From positions 21,390,001 through 21,454,000 of the forward strand of contig OZ004609.1 in assembly GCA_963924565.1 (NCBI GenBank): 64,000 nucleotides of DNA, given 5' to 3'. The notes under the pieces are model-generated. The model did no database searches. It saw only the letters and a list, made by a program, of their open reading frames with translations, and had not been told where the DNA came from. The position numbers were made by a program, and so were the translations under genes. Within the stretch, counting starts at the first letter, position 1. Each line of letters begins with the position of its first letter. This document shows positions 38,501 to 52,000 of this stretch, one piece after another. The stretch comes from Ascidiella aspersa. Taxonomy: Eukaryota.

Positions 38501-41500
38501 AGGTACGTGAGGTGTAAGGTGTTGGTAGATTCCTGAGCGTTCCCGATTACTGAGGTTTTGTGAGGCGCTTTCAATTCCCAGAAGCAACTTGTTGATGTCG
38601 GGAGAAAAGAATTTCATTTTTCCCTCCTTCTCGTTAGATTTCGCAATCTGCATTTTTATGTTTAAACTTCATTCGACTTTAATTAACCAGATGGTATTTC
38701 TGTTATTTTCTAATAATGTTATCAGTAGTTTTCAACATATAAAATTAAGTATAAAGTAAAATATTAAACTGGCAGTTGTCATTTTGTGGACAAACATTTC
38801 AAAAAATTCATTCAATGGAAGAGATGAGATATTTTATATGTTTTCACCTTAGTTTAAAAAATGAGTCTTTTATGACTTGTATTGGAAACAAACTAATTAT
38901 GCCTTATTATGGAGTCACAGGGCTTTTTTTATTGTGAGAATGAAAAATGGCCCTTTTCATGCTTCGTAAGGTACTTCTTTCCTGCAGCCTCTTGTTAAGC
39001 TGATACACTACATACCTTTGTAAGGGAAGAGATTTTCTCTTTGACATTATTGGGAATTGATAGAGGTAAGTTGTCAATTGCATCTTCGCCCTTGGAAGGT
39101 GAGGACTTGCTGTAATCAACATGCACTGCTGTGGTACCTAAAATTAAATTTAATAACTCCTTTCAACTTTACAAAATTCGATCTGTAATTTGGAGCATAT
39201 TGGTTGGAGGTTGTAGTAAGACGTAATAAGAATATCAAAGCCCATAAAGAAGTAGGTATCATTTTGAACTTTCGAAAAACTCTTTCTTCATTTTCAACAT
39301 CAATGTTAAAAAGGAAGAGTTATTCGAAACGTTCAAAATGATACCTACTTCTGTATGGGCTTTGATATTCTTGTTATGATATCGGTATTGTTTTAATGAA
39401 AATAATATACACTGTAAGGTAAACATAGGCGAATGTATGGCTAAATTTAAATACCATTTCAAAAGTTTGAGAAAATAAAGCTTATACCTTAAACTATTAA
39501 AGTGTTTTGTCACAAAAACATTTTATGAAAATTTACCAGGTATCCAAAATTATTAAATGTTGCTTGTTATACTAAGCACGATTATTTTAGTTTGTTACCT
39601 GTTTTTCCAGAAAATTCAACATGCTGATCATTCAAGAAGTCCAACAAGTCACGTTCTGTGTTCTAAAAAGTGTAAAAAGCAAAAATAAGAGTATGCCATA
39701 AGACTTTTGGCATAATTTTAAAGATTTATTAATAAGTAGGTACCTTATTTTCACCATTGCTAAGGCTCTTGTGATTTTGGGAAGACAGGTGTGGCTTGGA
39801 AACACCTGATTTGTCAGAACCTATAATAAATGCATTCCGAAGGTTATTGTGAAACAGACAAAATAAAATAGCTTTTTCATCTGTAAGTTGAACCTAAAGT
39901 AACAATTAGAGATTACCCGATATATCTGTTCGGCTGTCTGCTCTCACCGATATACAGGTATTACTCGGTATTAGTAAATTTGGACTGAAACTTTTGTGGA
40001 TATTTTACTATGAAAATAATATATAGTTTGCCCTAAAACAAACAAATTTCTTTTTTTTTTGAACTTGCAAATTTGTGATTTGTTTCCATTTTAATTGCTA
40101 CCAGATATAACATAGTGTTTAGTTTACAGTGTTCATCATCATGCAAAGTTAATACACAATAAAAAGTTGTATTATTAAATAGTTAGATAGACTTAAAAAA
40201 ACATTGGTATCGGTTATTGGGTATCGGTGGGCATAAACATAAAAAATCGGTCATGGTTTGTCCAAAGAGTTATGACTAGGGCCATTTTTATTTTAACCTA
40301 AAAAATTTTTTTTAACTTTATCAAATTTTAACTTTATTTTAACCTAACAAAATGGCTTGTTTGTAGAGGCCACAGTTCTTCCTTAAATTGATGCCAGTTA
40401 CCCAAACATAATATTTTGTCGATTTCAGACCCAAACGTAATATTTTGTCGCAAAGTCAAGGTGTTTTATGGTTGTTGATCTTCAAGAAGACCACGTTTAT
40501 GAAGATAAAGTGTTTTATAAGAATTATTCAAATACGTAACAATAAATAAAAAAATGGACAATTTGCGATAAAAGTTACCACTGATCCAAGTGGGCATTGT
40601 GACATTTTGCCTGCTTTTATGGGTTAATATGGTTTAATTGTGTCGCAGTTCCTGATTTACAACGCTTCCACGACGATTTTTACAAAAATTACTCTCAAGA
40701 AACACAAAAACTTTGTCTAAAGCCAAAATTTGAAAAAATTTAAATTTATTAAAAAAATGTAACTTTATTGTAAATTTTAACTTTATTCTGACCTATAAAC
40801 TTCTTAAAAACAGTCCCCTAGGGGCCGAAAACAACTTAATTCTTAGATTCGAGGACAGACGAGGTTCTTAAAAAATTTTAACTTTATTAACTTTTGCGGG
40901 TGCTAGTTATGATGGTCAATCTCTAATAACAGTTGTTATTTTAATATGAAGATTGATAGAATAAAAGCTGAAGTAGAAAGCTAAGCAGTGACATGACACC
41001 AGGAGTGAAGTATTTTTACCAGATGACGAAAGGTGGTGTTGAGCCTTGGCCTTCGCAACCAGCAACTGCACTTTGGTCTGCTTTTTTTTGCTGTCAACAA
41101 TAACAATTTATATTAGAAAAGAAAACATAATCACAAAAAATGCTTTTTGATTCAATGAATAACTTTTGAAAGGAAATTAGGTTTTATTAAGTAATATAAC
41201 AAATGATTACCTTTTTCCCAACTTTCCCAGCTTATCTTTACCCTGTAATGAAATCTTTCTTCTTCGTTTGCTCTCCATGGTAGTGCTACTTGTTCGCTTC
41301 ATTGCCTAAAATTGCAGCATATGCACAATTTTATATTAAATACTGGTTTTACAGTGGTAAATTATAGGGATATATGGTTGAAAACATATATTACCATTGT
41401 CTTTTTGCTCTTAACCAACACTTAAAAATACTTCTAACATCTGAAATATTACCTTTAAAAAGCAAAGTTAGAGCAAAACAATTTTGGGATAAACTGGAAT

Positions 41501-42630
41501 ATAAAGGGCTTTAGTGCGCATCAGGTAATATGAAGGAGTTTACTAGGTATCTGATATTTGTAAACATAATATACACATATTTAAATAAAGTAAATATACT
41601 ATTTCATGTTTCACCAAGTTTGGTGGGAATCTGGAACCCGTTATTTTTTACATTTCTTATATTTTAATAAAAAATTAAAGTTGAATGTAAGGTTCACCTT
41701 TTTCTTTTTTACCAATGAATTTGTCTCTTTAAACTCATCCTCGCTTTCATCTGAAAATTGCATTTTTCTTCGCTTTTTTAGATGTGCAGAAAGTGGAAGG
41801 GAATCTTCTTCATCATCATCCACATTGGAATCTTCCGAAACATGTTTGAACTCCAGCTTTCCACTGTTGATGTAAAATCCTCCAAACTGTGTAGTCAAGC
41901 TTGTTGGTACCACTTCATCATACTGTGAACAATTTTGAAAAGTGATTACATACATAACTCAAGAGTTGTGAGGCACATGGAACACGAAAATTGGGTAACT
42001 TTAAGACAAACAGCAAATTAATGAAGACGGTACAATATTGGTTTTAGGCTTTTCTGTAACAAAAAAAGAAAAACATACACATTCAGAATTGTCAACAAAT
42101 GGATCATTTTCGTCGTAACCATATCCAACATCCGCCAAGTCCTTTGCTTTATTGCGACGCTTTTTCAACTTAGATGTGCTGCTGCCTCCACCATACTTTG
42201 CCTCATAATATTTAGCCAGTGATTCAGCTTCAGATTTACTTTGATCATCCTCATCTATAGAACTGGTACCATTGGAAATCGATTTTGACTTATTTTTCTG
42301 TAAACGATAAGTTAGAATAGTAAAAAACTACAAAAGATAGAATAATTTTAGCAAAATTATGTAAATTGCACAGCATGTAAAACAAACTTTAACACAAATT
42401 ATCTTTTTTGTTTTTATCTGGTAAAATGTATGAATGTAACTGATTTATTTACATCGAATTCTAACCTTGTTAGCCTCTAAAACCAAGCTTGCATATGAGA
42501 ACTCTGGACATGTAGAGTCACTGGATGGTTTTAGGGTTAACTCGAAGCGCCGACTCTTTGTCTTGATTTTACCAGATGCCTTGTTGCCTTTTAATGCAGC
42601 TTTCGTTTGTGGTGAAAATAGTTCATCCAT
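32565..42630 (-). CDS. UBN1: Ubinuclein (HIRA histone H3.3 chaperone complex subunit, UBN1/UBN2 homolog)
   Basis: HRD motif [43 protein letters not shown] (exons 42297-42079 and ~41923-41698); middle-domain motifs [54 protein letters not shown]; 17-nt exon at 35451-35435; large S/Q/P/H-rich exon at 34854-33044; terminal exon(s) start at 32698 (stop at ~32618 or ~32565). Probably a pro-ortholog of UBN1/2. Confidence 0.88.
36841..37221. mobile_element. hAT-type MITE, inverted copy of the 30223-30559 family
   Basis: Starts CAGGGGTTCTTCAACTGGGGTCCATGGACCCC; body is the reverse complement of the 30223 element; ends AACCCCTG; degenerate TSD ACTTAAAG / ACTCAAGG. Confidence 0.85.
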
Positions 42631-42789
42631 GTTACCACCTTGTTTAGCAGCATAAGCAAGACAGACAATATTCAGTACATAAAATGGAAGACAATATTTG
42701 AGTAATTCACACTTGAAACATGTTACTGCATGACTGCAATTCTAAACAATAAAAAACAATTCCAAAGTCATGTTTTTTCAATTAATAAG

Positions 42790-42972
42790 CCTGTCTGGAA
42801 AGAATTGCAGGTATCGATGAGATCTCGCGGGTGCACTGCTGAAACAAATAGGGGCAACCGGGTGCAATTAGGGTCAAAAGTGCACCCCACTATGTGCACA
42901 TTTATATTATGAGGTTACAGTTTTAGGATTTTGAAAAAAATCGTGGTTGGACTTGCCATACTTTCCATAGTG
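42790..42972. mobile_element. Degenerate short TIR element, family shared with 45223-45509
   Basis: GTCTGGAAAG start and GCCATACTTTCCATAGTG end; GGACTTGCCATACTTTCCATAGTG matches the reverse complement of 45223-45246 at 22/24 positions. Confidence 0.55.
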
Positions 42973-44360
42973 CATAATAAGTAACATGAAATTTTTTTTA
43001 TTACAGAGACTAAATTAACATTTACCACTGAAGTTGTGATTTCACCAATTACTTGGTTAATGTTAGACAAAGCTACATGAATGGACGTCGGTGAAGTTTT
43101 TTTAAACACCATCTCCAAGCCCGCAGATGGAGTCTTCCAAAGGATTCCGTCTGTAAAGCATGGCAGATCTCAAGGTCAAAAGTGAACCCAGTCCAGATTA
43201 GAAACTTTGGATTTTGCGCGGGGGAGATGATTTTGCAGCTTGAAATTGCATGGCTGTAATTGCGTTATTTGTAAAATTCGCCTGGCTGAAAGTGGAGTAC
43301 CATACTGAAAACCGTTAGCTCGACGAAAGTTTTACATGTTTGAGCTTTTTTTTGCAGCTGACCGCATGCTGATTTTACATAAAATGCACGGCTATGACTG
43401 TGGCCGAGAGGGAAACTGGACAAATCTCTTGCACAGGCCTTACATAGTGGCAGAGGGGTTGGTAGCCAATGTCGCTTACAACGATTAACTTTTAGTGATT
43501 ACCGTGTAATTTCAGCAAGGCAGTTTTAACTTTTTAAACACTTGTTCAGCTCAAACCCAAGGCTGCGTTGTATGGCACTCTTCATTAGGATCTCAGGTGT
43601 GCAGCACCATTTTTTTTATCGAATGCTACTTAAGCTAGGAATGTTACCACAACTCACATTTTTTTAAAAATTTAGATGTGTTATTTACTGAGTATAGGGG
43701 AGGACACAACTTTCTTAAAAAATCTCGGGTGTGTAAATGCCACATAATGCAAACAGCCAAAATATCCATATTATTTATTAATAATAAACTATTTGATACA
43801 GGATTAAATTTCCAAAGATGAGCAAAGCCGGCGGGCCCTAGTTTAAATGTCGTCCGGATCCGGATGGTGGTAACAAAAGTCTCTTAAAGTTGTCTATAGC
43901 GGAGATACTCATAAAGATTTTCGTAAATATTAAACAAAAAACAATAAATAGAAGGTTAATTTTACAAGGACAATTTAGAAGTCAAGTTATAAGTTATTAT
44001 AAAATTAGGACAATAAGCAATAAAATATTCTCTATTACACCAGGTGTCACTATTGAGCAAAGCCGCTGTCGAAGAATAAATTGATTGTAAACGTCAAACG
44101 CTAAGAAGATTAAATTAAAACTTTATGTTTAAGAAGTGGATATTTAGTGTAATTACAAAGTTTTGCCTAATTTGCTTTATTCTAGTTGCGACTAATTAAA
44201 AACATCATTTTTATAGTAACAAGATTTTACAACTTACAACTCTAATCCTTCATAGGCACTGGACGTAAATTAGCATAAAACCTGTCAATCATTAGGTAAA
44301 CTTCTTGCTAAAGCTAACTTGGAGTGCAGGTGCTATCTAATTTAGTCCGAAAGAGGTGCG

Positions 44361-44939
44361 ATGGATATAGTTTCCCAATCCACGCTGGACGGTTTACGCT
44401 TATGTGGCGACACAACATTGATACCAGACCGTAGCTTCGATCTGTTAGTTGAACATGCATGTCAAACCATTTTAAGTACGGCCAGAGACAAATCGCTTAC
44501 CTGCAATAAACCAGTGGCCGGGTGCCAAAACCAAGATGCTGTGAAACAAAACCACGCGTCGATTATTATCCTAATGTTGGAGGCTGCCAAAGCGGACTTA
44601 CATAAAGAACAGCTGTCCTTGCTTTTAGATGATTGCCAACTGCCAACAAAGCGTAAAGACACCATCATTGCCAGTTTTGTACACTATAAGTCTGACCTAA
44701 GAAATCACCTTTCTCGTGTCGGCGTACAAGCCCCAAACTTAATTGACCTAGATTGGCGACTGGACTATCAATTAAAGAACAGCCATGTTCATAAAATAAA
44801 CGAAGTTCAATACACAATAAGTTTAAAGCAGGATAGCGGTGAGACAATTGATTTTGTCTGCTCTCGAGACGAACTGCAAGATCTTGTTGGAAAACTTAAA
44901 GAAGCCTCAAAGGCCATTGAAAGAGCAAGCCAAACATAA
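44361..44939 (+). CDS. COMMD3: COMM domain-containing protein 3, single-exon CDS
   Basis: 192 aa; COMM domain PNLIDLDWRLDYQLKN and C-terminus FVCSRDELQDLVGKLKEASKAIERASQT match remembered COMMD3 sequence along the whole length. Confidence 0.93.
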   Translation: MDIVSQSTLDGLRLCGDTTLIPDRSFDLLVEHACQTILSTARDKSLTCNKPVAGCQNQDAVKQNHASIIILMLEAAKADLHKEQLSLLLDDCQLPTKRKDTIIASFVHYKSDLRNHLSRVGVQAPNLIDLDWRLDYQLKNSHVHKINEVQYTISLKQDSGETIDFVCSRDELQDLVGKLKEASKAIERASQT

Positions 44940-45222
44940 AATTTTCCAAAACAACTTTTTCATATTTTTTCATTCTGATTTATATTTTTACAATAGAAAA
45001 TTAATGCATCAGTGCCAATGTGGAAATTATTTGCCAAGTGCACTGTCAAGTTGTTTTTAACAGACCCAACCTGCACCCTTAAATTAAAGTTCGCACCCCA
45101 GATTTTTCAAAGTGTAAAACAAGTCGTGCACTTTTGACCTATGGCCCCCACAATGGATCTGCTATACTTTTGTGGTGGGCATTAGTGATAATTGATTTCT
45201 TAGGTTGTGCAATATCTATGTC

Positions 45223-45509
45223 CACTGTGGAAAGGATGGCAAGTCCACCAGCAAGTTTTTTCAACCTTTTAAAAGTGCACCCCTAAAAAATCTTACCTGC
45301 ACCCCAAATATTAAAAACGCTTGTGCGCTACGGTAACAGTGCATTTTTTGCAATACAGAATGTATAACAAAATGATAAAGTGCACCCTGAAGTTAGAAAA
45401 TGCTCTCGAGGTGCACTTTTTAACCGTTGTTGTTGCAATAGTCCAACTGGGTTTTTTTCGGCCATGCACCTGCAAAATCACATTGAGATCTGCCATACTT
45501 TCCAGACTG
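45223..45509. mobile_element. Short TIR element (CACTGTGGAAAG...CTTTCCAGACTG)
   Basis: Imperfect terminal inverted repeats; repeated AAAGTGCACCC internal motifs; homologous, in inverted orientation, to 42790-42972. Confidence 0.55.
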
Positions 45510-46015
45510 GATCTATGTCGAGGAATCCAAACTCTAGACTGGAGCCTACTAGTTTAAGAATGAAGTTAAATTCTACTAATTACTATTTAAACAGGCCGTG
45601 TGCCACTGTATCAGACTACTAATGGTTGTTTTATTTAATTATTTTATGATTTCATTTGTCATTTTGATTAAGAAAATATTTTATAATACCAAGCAGTGAT
45701 ATTGTGTATCGTTTAAAGCTTGTACAACTGTTCTGAGAAAATTATAAAACAACATATGCTAATTGTTCAGAGTGTTTAACTATGCTACCAAGTGCACACT
45801 AACTGCATAAAAGAACAGTAAAAACAAAAAGGCAGGAAAGAATAAAGGTAAAAAAACATAAAAGGATTGTAAACAAAGCACTTGCAAAGCAACAGGGGTT
45901 TGAAGATACAGTGGGAGACTAAATATCATCCAGTTAAGAAATTTAAACAATCACAGTGTAAATGGTAACTCAATGAGGAAACCTTACATTAAAATACAAC
46001 TTTTCCGAGACATTT

Positions 46016-49000
46016 TCAGGGATTGATGAAACAGCACAGGTAAATTAGCTGAGTAATACATAGCATGTTTCCAGTGTCTCAAAATCCACTTTGCTTTTGC
46101 ACTTTTCATAAACGTCTCCTATACTGAAACCCTGTTTGAATAAGGCCTTGATGCGGTTATACATGTCTTCACCAATCGTATCTGCAATTCATAGGTTATA
46201 ATATGAAATCTGTATATAGTTATATATAATTGTTTGCACTACAATTAATTATATTAGTTGCGACAGTCTGCTTCATGAAACATTACTCCTACTTCAACTC
46301 GGTTATATTAAAAGATATCTAATATTCTACTACATTTAAAATATAAAAAATTAGGCAAAAGTGGAAAATAATTTAGTAATTTTTAAATAATAAAAATAAA
46401 CAAGCCTTTTTAAATTAGGTATATTTTTGGGCAATTTTTTTTGGTTAAGTTAATAAAAGCTGCATAAAAAAATATTTTTTTTAATTTGTTTAAAACAGTA
46501 AACTATGAAAGAAAGCAAGCATAAAAAGCTATAAGTTTAGAAATCCATTTTTGAGAAGTGAAACTTTAATATGCCAACTTTGCAATATAAAATCTTTTTC
46601 ATAAAACATTGTGGTTCAACAAAAACCTTGACACACCACATGTTTTTTCTTACCAATACAATCCTGTTGCACAAGCAGCAATGATGATACTGGTTTCATA
46701 TTTGTCATGGTAGCTGTCTCATCGAAGTCACTATTGTCTGCAAAACATGAATGTTACTCTAAAACAGGGGCCGCCGGGATGGCAACCTTTTTCTAGTTGT
46801 GGGCCAAAACCAAACTTGGAAAGGTCTCTGCGGGCCGCAAAAAATGTTAACTAAGAATTGTGAAAAAAGTCTGTTGTTTGGTTTAAAATTCGAGTTCACA
46901 CGCGTCAATCATGCTCCTAATGAAAAGTGTAAAAAAAATACTTTTTGGAACGCGATAACATTTAAAGGTAGTGCGCGATTTTTTTTTTGGTATACCGGCA
47001 TTTCTTGTTTTTATTACATTGCCAAAAAAAAAAAAAAAAAAAGATATGTTCACTATTTTTAAAAACGTTTTCCGTTTTCCGCGACGCACTTGGCAGCCGT
47101 CCACGGCGCAACGGTAAAGAAGTGCTGATCCAGTTGAAAGACAGCACGAAAACGTAAACAAACCTGACATAGAAAGATCATTCTCGCAAAGCGCGAAAAT
47201 TGTTGGCACTTATGTAGTTAAAATATTCAAAAAGTGTGTTAAATGGTGTCTAATTTGTCAAAGAGGCGGCGGGCTGGATGAATTACATCGGCGGGCCGTA
47301 GGTTGCCGACCCCTGCTGTAAAACAATATTAAATCATACTAATAGATAATTCGTTAGAAATGCTAATGAGATATGGTATTAACTGTTACAATAAGATAAT
47401 CAAAGGGTTTAAATTAAGGCAGCAGCCTCTTTTTCATTATAGCTCACTTTGCACTTTTTGGGGGAGTTAATTGTTATGCTAACCATTTTGAATGTTATTA
47501 TATGGCTAAAGCTTTCTTTCTGTATTTTACTAACAGCTTACCACTTGCATCAGAATCATCTTCAAAATCATCAGCATAGTCATCATCATTATTCATGTTA
47601 TTATCGTCTATAAAAAACACAAAAAAGTTAAGAATTTCACACACAGGAAGCAAAGCTCGGGTTTTACTTTTCTAACTTAGTTTAATTGCGTCTTTATTCT
47701 ATTTACTTTATTGGAAAGCACACTAACTTTAGCTTTGTCAGTCATAAAACTTATAATTAGATCAGACAGCATAACAACTAATCAAAGGACTTTAGTACTT
47801 TTAATAGATTTCAATTTCCCTGCTTTAATAGGGAGCTTTCATAGTATACTGGTGGTATGTTTTATACTAAAGGTATTTAAATATAGTTTCTATTTTACCC
47901 GGGTTACTGGTAATTACAGCATTGCAAAAGTTATGCATTAAGGAAAGTTATAATGAATTATGATATATACCTTGATACTCGTCAGAAACATTTTGACCTA
48001 TTTTAGGATGTTCTTCAACCATACTTTTTGATGCATTGTCTGCCTTAGGTGCTGCAACAATATTAATAAATTAAAATAAATCGTGATAATTTCGTGTTCG
48101 TAGACTTTAAAATCAGTGTACAATCCTAATTGTTAAAAGTAAAATAAACACAGTTGGCTCATAATTTTTTGTGTGTGCGTTTTGCACCACAACCACATTT
48201 GAGGGGTTGCCATTACAGATGTACAAAGTAGAAAATCAGATGCTTAGGATTGAACCTGGATTCTTTTCTGACGTTTATATCGGGTTTATTGGTTGCATCT
48301 AATTCTACATAAACAATGGTAAGATAAAGACCTGCCACTGTGGTAAAATATAGTGCTTGCATAAGTATAGCAATGTTGTACCGCAGCAGCGTTTTTTAAA
48401 CTACCAGTAATTTCATGATTAGATAACCTTAACCTAATCGGGACTAAATGAAAATAAACTGTTATTCAGCGAGCGACATACGTGTAATGCTGTATATGTA
48501 CAGTGTTTTGTTATTTCCTTAAATAAGTCAAGTTGCAAGTAGCATTCTATTGTAAAATGCGTTTGCAGTGGACAAAAGCACTACATGGTTAGTCGACATT
48601 CTCTGTAGTAAAAGACAACTAAAACACTATGACCTATAAAACCAACTGAATTTGTGTCCATTGTGTTACATTGCACTTACTATACCAGCAAAAATTAGGT
48701 TTAGGTAACAAAATGGTATTCGGCTATTCATATAAGGTTTTTGTTTGTTTTTAGGTAGGTATGCAAAACAATTTGAATAACTTATTCAAATGGCTGTTAT
48801 TTAAAGTGTTAACCATTTGAAGTGTTTTTATCGCAACAAACAATGCTTGCAAAATGTTTTGCAATAAATTGGTGTTATATTATATTAACTCCTACAAAAA
48901 GGGAAATTATTAATTAAACACATAGTAGGATTTGTTATTCAAACTCATAACCTATTACTTTGTGAGTCCACTTTGAATATCCATAGTTGCAATTTCTAGT

Positions 49001-52000
49001 GGTATATCAAGTGCTCCTATAAGCAAAATTATATGTTAATTACCTGTATTATCACCAAACATATGGGTATCTTTCTTGTTCAGAAGCCAGCCACTTCCTG
49101 GAAGGCGTTTTTTCTTTTCCAAACTGTTTCTCCTTAAACCAGGGTTGCCCAAAACGACTTCTTCTGGCCTTGATTCTCGCTTCAACCAGGAGCTTCCAGG
49201 GAGTCTTTCCTTTCTGTTCTTTATAGGCTGCAGAGTGGATTTGTGGGCCTTGTTGTTGTTCTGACTATCACGCCTTCTCATTTCTGGGTTTAGTGAGAGT
49301 CTACTGTCTGATGGCTGCACCCTTTGAACTGTACTGACAATGACAGGTAATGATTGCCTAACATCATCTTGCTTTCTGCGTAGCACCTACAAAAATACCT
49401 CAAGGTTACCAATGTAATTTTAGTGAATATAAAGGTGAATGAGGTCAGGTTGAAGGAACATAAAAGCAATTTCCAATACAATAAAATCTAAATATAACTA
49501 ATTAACTTTATTTCAGAGCCTGTTGAAGCAATAGCCCGCACAATCAGCACTCTAAACAGTAAATAAGGTTTAAGAGTATGCTATGCGGCTTTATTTCATT
49601 TTCAAAAAGTAAGTAGTACACAGACTTTAAGTTTGAGACAAATAAAAACCTCCTCCTATTTAAATTAAGCAAACACCTTTTAGGTTAAACCGAAATCCAA
49701 CCTTTGATGGTTGTAAGTACTATGTCAATGCCAAACTTATTTAAAAAAATATATATTAAAATCCTCTTGATTTGGTTCATGCTTAACTTCTAGCCTAGCC
49801 AGTATACATTGCAATATGGCAACAATATATCTATATCTGTTTCCAGTGGCGTATCCAGGGGGGGGGTTGGGGGTTACTCAAGGTTTCAGGTGAACCCCTT
49901 GACTGCAACGCGTATTGATTTCTTTTTAATATCGGAGTCATTATTAAATTACCTAAATTCCGCAAATATCACACCAGGCATTAAATCAGATCATAAAATA
50001 GTAACCCTTTCGATGACAGTCGAGTTCTCCTCGTGGCAAAGGATACTAAACACAAATCTCTTGCTCAACAACGAATACATAAAAAACACGAGGCGCACAA
50101 TACGTGATTATGTGGCCAACAATCCTAAACATGAGGTGAATCCACACATTCGGTGGGATGCTCTTAAAGCAGTAATCCGTGGGGAGTCTATTAAACACAG
50201 CGCCAAAGTAAAACGAGCAAACTACAGCCAACAGCAATATTTAGAACGGGCGATAGAAGACATTGAACGAGAATTAACACGAAGTACTTTCTAAACTTAG
50301 AGAAACGCCACGTCCAAAAAAAAATCAATCAACCGCCTAAAAGTGGGTGATCAAATCCAAACAGATCCAAAGAACATTCTAAAGGAACTGCCCAATTTTT
50401 TTGAAAGTCTATACAAACGATGCTAAATATACTAAGACCCAAATTAATGTACACTTATCGACATTAAATCTGCCGAGGCTAGACGCAATGCAGAAAGAAT
50501 CTACCGAGCGCCCAATCACGCTTGAGGAAATTCTAGCGGCCATTAACACTATGCTGAGGAATAAATCCCCGGGCCTTGATGGATTGCCGGTAGAATTTTA
50601 TCAGACTTTTTGGCATGAGATAAAAACCTTGTTTTGCGACGCTTGGATGTATACTGAAGAAACGGGTAAATTTAGTCAAAGTCAAGCGCAAGGTGTAGTA
50701 ACACTGATCCCCAAGGCACATAAAGATCCTTCGCTGATAACTGATCACTGCCCCATCTTTTTGCTTAATGTGGACTATAAAATTATGTCAAAAGTTATAA
50801 ACAACAGGTTAAAATCCAATATCGAGTTCCTAATCAGTGGAGACCAAAATGGCTTTATGAAGGGTAGATATATTGGGGATAATCTTCGCCTGCTCTTTGA
50901 TATTATCGATTCCTCCGATTTTTATAAAATTCCGGGTTCCATACTATCTTTGGACATTTACAAAGCGTTTGACACTGTTGGTTGGGATTTTATTTACGCA
51001 GCATTTAGAAATTTTGGCTTTGGATATAACCTAATAAACTGGATAAAATGTTGTTATGCGGAACCTACCTGTAAAATAACCAACAACAACTTTTTGTCGC
51101 GCGAATTTAAAATCGAAAGAGGTATCCGGCAAGGAGACCCATTATCTCTGACGCTTTTTTTGCTATGTATCGAATGTCTAGCAACGGCGTTGCGAAAAGA
51201 CGAATTTGTAGAAATACAATTGAATAACGACGAATTTAAAGTATCTCTACTTGCTGATGATACGTTAGTTTTTTTAAGAGGCGAGCAGAAAGATTTCGAA
51301 CGAATATTTGGTGTGCTAGATAAATTTGGAGACATGTCCGGATGTAAAATCAATATGCCAAAATCGCTTGCATTCCATGTAGGAGCCAATCGCTCTTCGT
51401 CAGAAAAACCTTACGCGAACAAAGGCCTCGAGTGGCCAGAACACTCATTTAAGTACTTAGGTGTAAAAATTCCACTAAAAAACCCAAAGGAACTGTTTCC
51501 GCTTAACTTTGGTGAAGTTATAAATAAAATTAGTGCAGTCTTAAACATTTGGTCCGCTCAGGGGCTAACTCTTCTGGGACGAATTTGTATCCTAAAAAGC
51601 TTAGTGATTCCCACACTAACTTTACAAAATTAGTGTTCTTCCGGTCAACTTTTCGAAGCACGGATGCGTAAACTAAACACGAAATTATTTCAGTTTATAT
51701 GGGGGTCTAGATGGGAGAGAGTTAAGCGAACAAAAATATGCGCAAATACTGAACACGGAGGAGAAAATATGTTGGACGTTGACGCATACATTATGTCGCT
51801 GAATATTAAATGGGTGTCAAAACTTCTTGACGACGAGTATAATGTACCGTGGAAAACGCTTGAAAAAGGCGTTCTAACAGACAAAGAACTCGAATGCTGG
51901 CTGCGAGGAGACTTATCTGTCGCATCGAGACAATGTTCTAAACTAATACCTTTAGGCACTACTAGAAAGGCAATATCAGACTGTAGGAAGTATATGACAA

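Noticed and set aside
39907-40260. Degenerate ACCGATA/TATCGGT-rich element (similar traces at ~9870-9930) and a possible TIR element at ~35527-35800
   Set aside because: Termini and TSDs are too decayed to define.
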